Below are positions 55,573 to 64,000 of a stretch of 64,000 nt of DNA, one piece after another. The position numbers and the translations under genes are program-made. The stretch covers positions 66,547 through 130,546 of the forward strand of contig CAVSQA010000008.1 in NCBI GenBank assembly GCA_963729955.1, in the 5' to 3' direction. The notes below the pieces were generated by a model. That model did no database searches. It saw nothing but the letters and a program-made list of their open reading frames with translations, and had not been told where the DNA came from. This DNA is from an uncultured Gemmatimonadales bacterium. Its GTDB lineage: Bacteria; Gemmatimonadota; Gemmatimonadetes; Gemmatimonadales; JACORV01. Every line of letters begins with the position of its first letter. The first letter of the stretch is position 1.

Positions 55573-55997
55573 GCGCGTTGCGCTACGGATTCGAGGCCGA
55601 GCTGCCGGTCGCCTACGAGCGGGCGGTGGCGCTGGTCCGCGACGCCCTCGCGGCGCGCGGATTCGGTGTCCTGACCGAGATCGACGTCCGCGCCACCATG
55701 AAGAAGAAGCTCGACGTGGAATTCCGGCCTTACGTCATCCTGGGCGCCTGTAATCCTCCATTTGCACACCGGGCGCTGTCGGAGGAGCTGCCGATCGGGC
55801 TCCTGCTGCCGTGCAACGTGGTCGTCTACGCCGGCGATCGGCCCGGCACGAGTGTGGTAGCCGTCCTGGATCCCGTGGCTCAGCTAGGGATCGCGGGGCG
55901 GGATGATCTGGCGCCGCTGGCGTCCGAGGTACGCGACCAGCTCCGCGAGGCGCTGGAGCGCGTGCGCCGGGGCGCGGCGGAGCAACCAAGACCCTAA
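55527..55997 (+). CDS. DUF302-family protein
   Basis: 156-aa [43 protein letters not shown]...LLPCNVVVY is typical of DUF302. An alternative internal start is ATG 55560. Confidence 0.75.
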   Translation: MTAPDKQSGGLMTAPGALRYGFEAELPVAYERAVALVRDALAARGFGVLTEIDVRATMKKKLDVEFRPYVILGACNPPFAHRALSEELPIGLLLPCNVVVYAGDRPGTSVVAVLDPVAQLGIAGRDDLAPLASEVRDQLREALERVRRGAAEQPRP

Positions 55998-56010
55998 GGA
56001 GAATTGAGCC

Positions 56011-56364
56011 GTGAACAACATGACCGTCGTGAGCGATGCCAGCTTCGAGGCCGAGGTACTCAAGGCCGAGGGCCCCGTGCTGGTGGATTTCTGGGCGCCG
56101 TGGTGCGGCCCGTGCCGCGCCGTGGGACCCGTGATCGAGAAGGTGGCCGAGCTGTACGCCGGCCGAGTCAAGGTCGCGAAGATGAACGTGGACGAGAACC
56201 CCGTCACCTCGCAGACCTACGGCATCCGGAGCATTCCGACCGTGGCCCTGTTCAAGGGCGGCGACGTCGTGGACGGCGTCCTCGGCGCCGCTCCCCTGCC
56301 CTTCTTCACCGACATGCTGGACAAGCACCTCGAGCCCAGTGCCGCGAAGGCGGAGAGCGCATGA
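56011..56364 (+). CDS. trxA: Thioredoxin
   Basis: 117-aa ORF. Active site [17 protein letters not shown] lies 9 nt upstream of GTG 56011. Confidence 0.95.
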   Translation: MNNMTVVSDASFEAEVLKAEGPVLVDFWAPWCGPCRAVGPVIEKVAELYAGRVKVAKMNVDENPVTSQTYGIRSIPTVALFKGGDVVDGVLGAAPLPFFTDMLDKHLEPSAAKAESA

Positions 56365-56771
56365 AGCCGGTCACGGTCACCTGGGACGGCGGGGTCCGGT
56401 TCACCGCCGACATTCGCGGCCACAAGCTCGTGGTGGACCAGCCGCCGCAGGGTGGCGGGCAGGATGCCGGGCCGATGCCGCTGGAGCTGATGCCGGCCGC
56501 GCTGGGCACGTGCGTCGCGCTGTTCGTGCGCCAGTTCCTCGCCACGCGCAACCTGGACGCCTCCGGGCTGGCGGTGCAGGTGTTCACGGCGGCCGAGACG
56601 AATCCTCACCGCATCGGGCGCTTCGAGGTGGCCGTCTCGATCCCCAAGGGCGTCCCGGAGCAGTACCGGGATGCGGTCGTGCGAGTGGCCGAAAGCTGCA
56701 CGGTCCATCACACGCTCGTGCACAAGCCGGAGATCGTGGTCGAGGTTCTCGAAGGCGCATTGACCGCCTAG
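56361..56771 (+). CDS. OsmC/Ohr-family peroxiredoxin-like protein
   Basis: ATG 56361 overlaps the trxA stop (ATGA). This is the in-frame C-terminal part of ORF 56004..56771. GPMPLELMPAALGTCVALFV and VAESCTVHHTL carry the two conserved Cys. Confidence 0.8.
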   Translation: MKPVTVTWDGGVRFTADIRGHKLVVDQPPQGGGQDAGPMPLELMPAALGTCVALFVRQFLATRNLDASGLAVQVFTAAETNPHRIGRFEVAVSIPKGVPEQYRDAVVRVAESCTVHHTLVHKPEIVVEVLEGALTA

Positions 56772-56787
56772 CCCCATCCCCACCGGC

Positions 56788-56815
56788 GAGCCGGCGGCCC
56801 GACGGCCGCCGGCTC
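56788..56815 (+). terminator. GC hairpin after osmC
   Basis: GAGCCGGCGGCC (56788-56799), loop CGAC, GGCCGCCGGCTC (56804-56815): a perfect 12-bp stem, 17 nt after the stop. No T-tract. Confidence 0.5.
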
Positions 56816-56972
56816 CGCTGTATCTACCGCACTGCCAAATAGTTACACGATTGCCGACCACGGACCGCGAGTAGGAACGCAACTTGCGGAACCTGGAGCG
56901 CGACGGTGTTGCCGGTCAGACCACCCAGCCAGGGCGCGTCCGAGGCAGCAGCGCACACGGCACGGAGAAATC

Positions 56973-60565
<3,593 letters not shown>

Positions 60566-60573
<8 letters not shown>

Positions 60574-61564
60574 CCTGTCGACCAGCTATCTGGGGCTCAC
60601 CCTGTCGAGCCCCCTGGTGGCCTCGGCCTCGCCCTTGAGCGAGGACCTCGGGAACCTGCGGCGGATGGAGGATGCCGGCGCCGCCGCCGTGGTGCTCCAT
60701 TCCCTGTTCGAGGAGCAGATCGAGCGCGAGAGCCAGGCCCTCGACCGCTCGCTCTCGGCGGGGACCGAGACCTACGCGGAATCGCTCACCTACTTCCCGG
60801 ACCTCAAGCACTACAACCTCGGGCCGGAGGGGTACCTCGAGCACGTGCGCAGGGCCAAGGCGGCGCTCGGCATTCCCGTGATCGGAAGCCTCAACGGCAT
60901 CTCGAGTGGCGGGTGGGTGGACTACGCGCGGGGCATCGAGCAGGCGGGCGCCGACGCGCTGGAGCTCAACGTCTACTTCATCCCGACCGAACCCCACCTG
61001 ACCGGCGCCGCGGTCGAGCAGCAATACTGCGACCTGGTGCGCGACGTGAAGGCCGCCGTCGGGATTCCCCTCGCCGTCAAGGTGGGACACCAGTTCTCGG
61101 CGTTCGCGAACATGGCGCGGCGGCTCGAGGAGGCCGGCGCCGACGCGCTGGTCCTGTTCAACCGCTTCTACCAGCCGGACCTGGACGTCGAGAACCTCGA
61201 GGTGCTGAGCGCCCTGTCGCTCAGCCAGCCCTACGAGCTGCTGCTCCGGCTGCACTGGATCGCGGTGCTGTACGGCCGGATCGAGGCGGACCTCGCCGTG
61301 ACGGGCGGCGTGCACGAGGCGCGCGACGTGCTCAAGGCGATGATGGCTGGTGCCAACGTGGCGATGATGGCCTCGGCATTGCTCAAGCGGGGCATTCCGC
61401 ACCTGGCGACCGTGCGCCGGGACCTGGAGGCGTGGATGGCGGAGCGCGAGTACGAATCCATCCGCCAGATGCGCGGCAGCCTGAGCCAGCGGTCCGCAGC
61501 CAACCCCGAGGCGTTCGAGCGGGCGAATTACGTGAAGGTGCTGTCGAGCTACGCGATGAAATAG
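60566..61564 (+). CDS. Dihydroorotate-dehydrogenase-like TIM-barrel flavoprotein (function unknown), intact
   Basis: 332-aa ORF. ATG 60566 overlaps the PFOR stop by 8 nt (ATGACTGA). Class-1 DHOD-like layout ([10 protein letters not shown]...IGSLNG...ADALELNVY...AVKVG...VTGGV). Confidence 0.75.
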
Positions 61565-61743
61565 GTGAGACGTGAGGGGTGAGAGGTGAGAGGACGACGT
61601 GAGAGGTGAGAAGGGAAAGCGAAAGGTGAGAAGAAAGGCGTGAGAGGCCGGCCCCGTCCTCTCACGCCTTTTGACCTCTCACCTCGCACCTCACCCTCTC
61701 ACGTCTCACCTTACCCTCTCACCCCTCACGACTCACCTCTCAC
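61565..61743. repeat. Heptamer-array palindrome, GTGAG family, copy 3 (longest)
   Basis: Eight GTGAG units (61565, 61572, 61579, 61586, 61599, 61606, 61626, 61640). Nine CTCAC units (61661, 61678, 61690, 61698, 61705, 61718, 61725, 61732, 61739) plus one degenerate CTCGCAC. Confidence 0.9.
61634..61671. terminator. Core hairpin of the palindrome with flanking T/A runs (bidirectional intrinsic-terminator-like)
   Basis: AAAGGCGTGAGAGG (61634-61647), a 10-nt loop, then CCTCTCACGCCTTT (61658-61671): a perfect 14-bp stem. It is followed by TTTTG on the + strand and by CTTTCTTC on the - strand. Confidence 0.55.
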
Positions 61744-63254
61744 GCCTGCATCGTCTTCAAGAACCCCATATCATGCCCCTTGGCCCTGAGCATCGCCTCG
61801 AGGCCGGACTTGTCGGCCGCCTTCATGTAGGCCTCGGCGGGCTCCACCAGCCGCTTCTCGACCACCTCCATCAGGGCGTCGTTGAGCGTGACCATCCCCA
61901 GCTTCTTGTTGGTCTGGATCATCGAGGGGATCTGGAACGTCTTGCCCTCGCGAATCAGGTTGGCGATGGCAGGGATGGCGAGCAGGATCTCGCGGACGGC
62001 GACGCGCCCCCCGCCGATCTTCTTGCACAGGATCTGCGCCACCACGCCCTTCAGGGACTCCGACAGCATCACCCGGATCTGGCTCTGCCGGTCGGCCGGG
62101 AACTGGTCGATGATGCGGTCCACCGTCGAGGCGGCGGTGGTGGTGTGCAGCGTGCCGAAGACCAGGTGGCCCGTCTCGGCCGTCTCGATGGCGATCGCCA
62201 TGGTCTCCAGGTCCCGCATTTCGCCGACGAGCACGATGTCCGGGTCTTCCCGCAGCGCCGCGCGCAGCGCCCGCCGGAACGACTCGGTGTGCAGAGCGAC
62301 CTGCCGCTGGGTGATGACGCAGCTCTTGTTGGGGTGCACGAACTCGATCGGGTCCTCGATCGTGATCACGTGGTCGGTGCGCTTGCGGTTGACCAGGTCG
62401 ATCATGGCCGCCAGCGTGGTGGACTTGCCCGAGCCGGTCGGGCCGGTGACCAGCACCAGACCCTTGGAGAGGAAACAGAGCTTCTGCACCTCCTCCGACA
62501 GGCCGAGCTCCTCGGCGGTCTGCACCGTGGTCGGGATGACCCGGAACGCCGCGCCGGGACCGTGGCGATCCCGGAGCACGTTGCAGCGGAAGCGCGCGAG
62601 ATCGAGGATCTCGTACGCGAAGTCCGTGTCGTTGGTCTGGGCGAACTCGGTCCGGTTGCGGTCGGGCATGATGGCGAAGAGCATCGCCTCCATCTCTTCG
62701 AGGGTGAGCGGGGCGTGGCCCTCGGTCCGCTTCATCACGCCGGACTTGCGGGTGATCGGCGGCTCGCCGACCCGGAGATGGAGATCCGACGACCCCGATT
62801 CGACGAGCGAGCGCAGCAGCCCCTGAATCCGCTCCTCGGCCGCGGCCGCCGCCGCCGTGGGAGCGCGCCGGGGCGCGGCCGCGCCTTGCACGGGCGCCGT
62901 GGCGGGGCTGCGGGCCTCCATCGGCATCGAGATCGCGGCGCTCGAGCGGCGTGGCTTCGCGGGTCCGATCGTGACCTCGACGTCGTTGCCCAGGTGGACG
63001 ATCTCCACGTCCACCCGCTTGCCGTCCACCGCGTAGCCGAACGCCATCCGCGATTCGGCGTCGAGGTGGTCTTTCATGCCGTCGGGGGCGATTTCCCGCA
63101 CCAGCGCCATGATCTTGGCCTTGGTGAGGAGATCCTTGGTGACCGGGCGGTCGGTGCCGTCCAGCTCCAGCGTCACCGCCGAGCCGCCGGCCAGGCGCAT
63201 GCTCGACGCGCCCTGCTGGAACATCACCTCGATGAACTTGTCGAGCGTCGCCAT
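61740..63254 (-). CDS. pilT: PilT-family type IV pilus retraction-like ATPase with an extra N-terminal domain (~145 aa)
   Basis: Single 504-aa ORF. Walker A GPTGSGKST, Walker B DIVLVGEMRD, His box TGHLVFGTLHT. The canonical PilT N-domain starts at ~aa 150 (SDLHLRVGEPP) and is preceded by a degenerate copy of it. Confidence 0.85.
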   Translation of the reverse strand: MATLDKFIEVMFQQGASSMRLAGGSAVTLELDGTDRPVTKDLLTKAKIMALVREIAPDGMKDHLDAESRMAFGYAVDGKRVDVEIVHLGNDVEVTIGPAKPRRSSAAISMPMEARSPATAPVQGAAAPRRAPTAAAAAAEERIQGLLRSLVESGSSDLHLRVGEPPITRKSGVMKRTEGHAPLTLEEMEAMLFAIMPDRNRTEFAQTNDTDFAYEILDLARFRCNVLRDRHGPGAAFRVIPTTVQTAEELGLSEEVQKLCFLSKGLVLVTGPTGSGKSTTLAAMIDLVNRKRTDHVITIEDPIEFVHPNKSCVITQRQVALHTESFRRALRAALREDPDIVLVGEMRDLETMAIAIETAETGHLVFGTLHTTTAASTVDRIIDQFPADRQSQIRVMLSESLKGVVAQILCKKIGGGRVAVREILLAIPAIANLIREGKTFQIPSMIQTNKKLGMVTLNDALMEVVEKRLVEPAEAYMKAADKSGLEAMLRAKGHDMGFLKTMQA

Positions 63255-63267
63255 CCCTGTCCCCTGG

Positions 63268-64000
63268 CTAGTTGCGCGGTTCGCTCGGCCCCGGCTCGGT
63301 CGAGCTCGGCTTCGCCGGCGCCGCGGCGGGTGTTCCGGCCGGCGGCTTCGCCGGGCCCGGAGCCGGGACGGCCGCCGGGCGCACCGGAGCCGCCGTCGGC
63401 GACGGGGGCGCCGTCGCCGGCCTGGGCGGCGGAACGGCCGCCGACCCGGCTTGCGGTGCGGCGGCGGGCTTCGCCGCGGGAGCCGGCGCGGCGGCGGGCT
63501 TCGATCCGGCTGGAGCCGGCGCGGCGGCCGGTGCGCCAGCCGGCTTCGGCGGCGCGGCAGGCTTCGCTCCCGGCGGTCCGGGCGCGGCGGCCCTGGGGCC
63601 GGCAGGCCCCGGGGCGCCAGCCGGGGCGGCGCCCGCCCTCGGCGCCGCCGGAGGCTTCACTCCGGCCGGAACCGGTGCGGCAGCCGGCCTCGGAGCCGGC
63701 GGTTTCGCCGCCGGAGCAGGCACGGCCCCCGGCTTCGGGGCGCCGGACGGCGTCGCCGCGGCGGGACCGGTGACGGTGGCGGCCGCGGGCTTGGCCTGAG
63801 CCGTGGTCGCACGCTTGGCCGCCTCCCTCGCCTCTTCGGCGATCACCCGCGCCTTGATGTGCTCGGCCTGCTCCTTCATCTCCTTCTCGTGGAGATAGGC
63901 CTTCTCCTTCTGCTGCGACTCGTCGGCCGTGATGGTCGCCTTGATCGTGCGCTCGACGAGCGCGCGGAAGGACGCCACCCCGTCCCGCAGCACCCGCCCC
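63268..64000 (-). CDS. Hypothetical protein with a charged coiled-coil-like segment and a long Pro/Ala-rich C-terminal tail (partial; 5' end beyond the window)
   Basis: The frame is open to the window edge; the ORF track starts at GTG 63993. The TAG stop (63268-63270) is 13 nt upstream of the pilT ATG, with AGGGGA between. The tail is about 170 aa of (K)PAAAPAPAG-type low complexity. Confidence 0.5.
   Translation of the reverse strand, partial: GRVLRDGVASFRALVERTIKATITADESQQKEKAYLHEKEMKEQAEHIKARVIAEEAREAAKRATTAQAKPAAATVTGPAAATPSGAPKPGAVPAPAAKPPAPRPAAAPVPAGVKPPAAPRAGAAPAGAPGPAGPRAAAPGPPGAKPAAPPKPAGAPAAAPAPAGSKPAAAPAPAAKPAAAPQAGSAAVPPPRPATAPPSPTAAPVRPAAVPAPGPAKPPAGTPAAAPAKPSSTEPGPSEPRN

Noticed and set aside
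61671-63773. 700-aa plus-strand ORF overlapping pilT and the Pro/Ala-rich gene
   Set aside because: Arg/Gly/Pro-rich shadow ORF on the antisense strand of clearly motif-bearing genes, typical of high-GC DNA. It starts inside the CTCAC repeat arm.
63300-63800. Highly repetitive GC-rich stretch as a DNA satellite or tandem repeat
   Set aside because: The repetition is at the codon level, encoding a Pro/Ala-rich low-complexity tail in an open frame contiguous with a non-repetitive N-terminal part. I could not define a fixed DNA period.

Overview
Very GC-rich bacterial chromosomal segment. Codon third positions are almost all G/C, so both strands carry long shadow ORFs and much of the ORF track is not real. 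I can support about 45 protein-coding genes. I found no rRNA, tRNA, CRISPR array, transposase or integrase. Gene content (Alternative Complex III, an Oar-like CarboxypepD_reg/TonB outer-membrane protein, a beta-propeller/phosphoesterase fusion) suggests a Gemmatimonadota/Acidobacteriota-type soil bacterium, but this is a low-confidence guess with no search behind it.

Gene order:
(1) A translationally coupled operon of an SPT-like alpha-oxoamine synthase, a GNAT-fold N-acyltransferase and an SDR reductase, which is a candidate ceramide- or capnoid-type lipid pathway. Then a TVGYG/RCK K+ channel, an orphan polytopic membrane protein, and a secreted VIT+vWA protein with an ECF sigma/anti-sigma pair.
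(2) A complete Alternative Complex III operon actABCDEF, followed directly by an AIF-like flavoprotein reductase. lgt lies upstream.
(3) A tightly overlapping minus-strand operon: family-5 SBP, GHMP kinase, heparinase II/III-like protein, class-III aminotransferase, two amidohydrolases. It has divergent ABC permeases and a convergent GH38 mannosidase.
(4) A REC/HD-GYP regulator plus GAF histidine kinase, then tkt plus a fused tal-pgi, a beta-propeller/phosphoesterase fusion, fabH, a nitroreductase, acnA, a giant Oar-like OM protein and ETF-QO.
(5) A redox-stress island (GAF, marR-yceI, and divergently arsR-DUF302-trxA-osmC), PFOR coupled to a DHOD-like gene, and a PilT-like ATPase with a Pro/Ala-rich partner.

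Two cross-cutting observations stand out:
(a) Four long intergenic palindromes whose arms are tandem heptamer arrays, sitting at gene 3' ends. Three use GTGAGRG/CYCTCAC units and one uses telomere-like YTAGGGG/CCCCTAR units. They place stop codons in all three frames on both strands.
(b) Alternating multi-kb blocks of intact genes and genes riddled with +1/-1 frame changes. The disrupted set includes essential and central genes, so sequence-quality artefact is more likely than true decay. Features typed pseudogene are 'disrupted as sequenced'.
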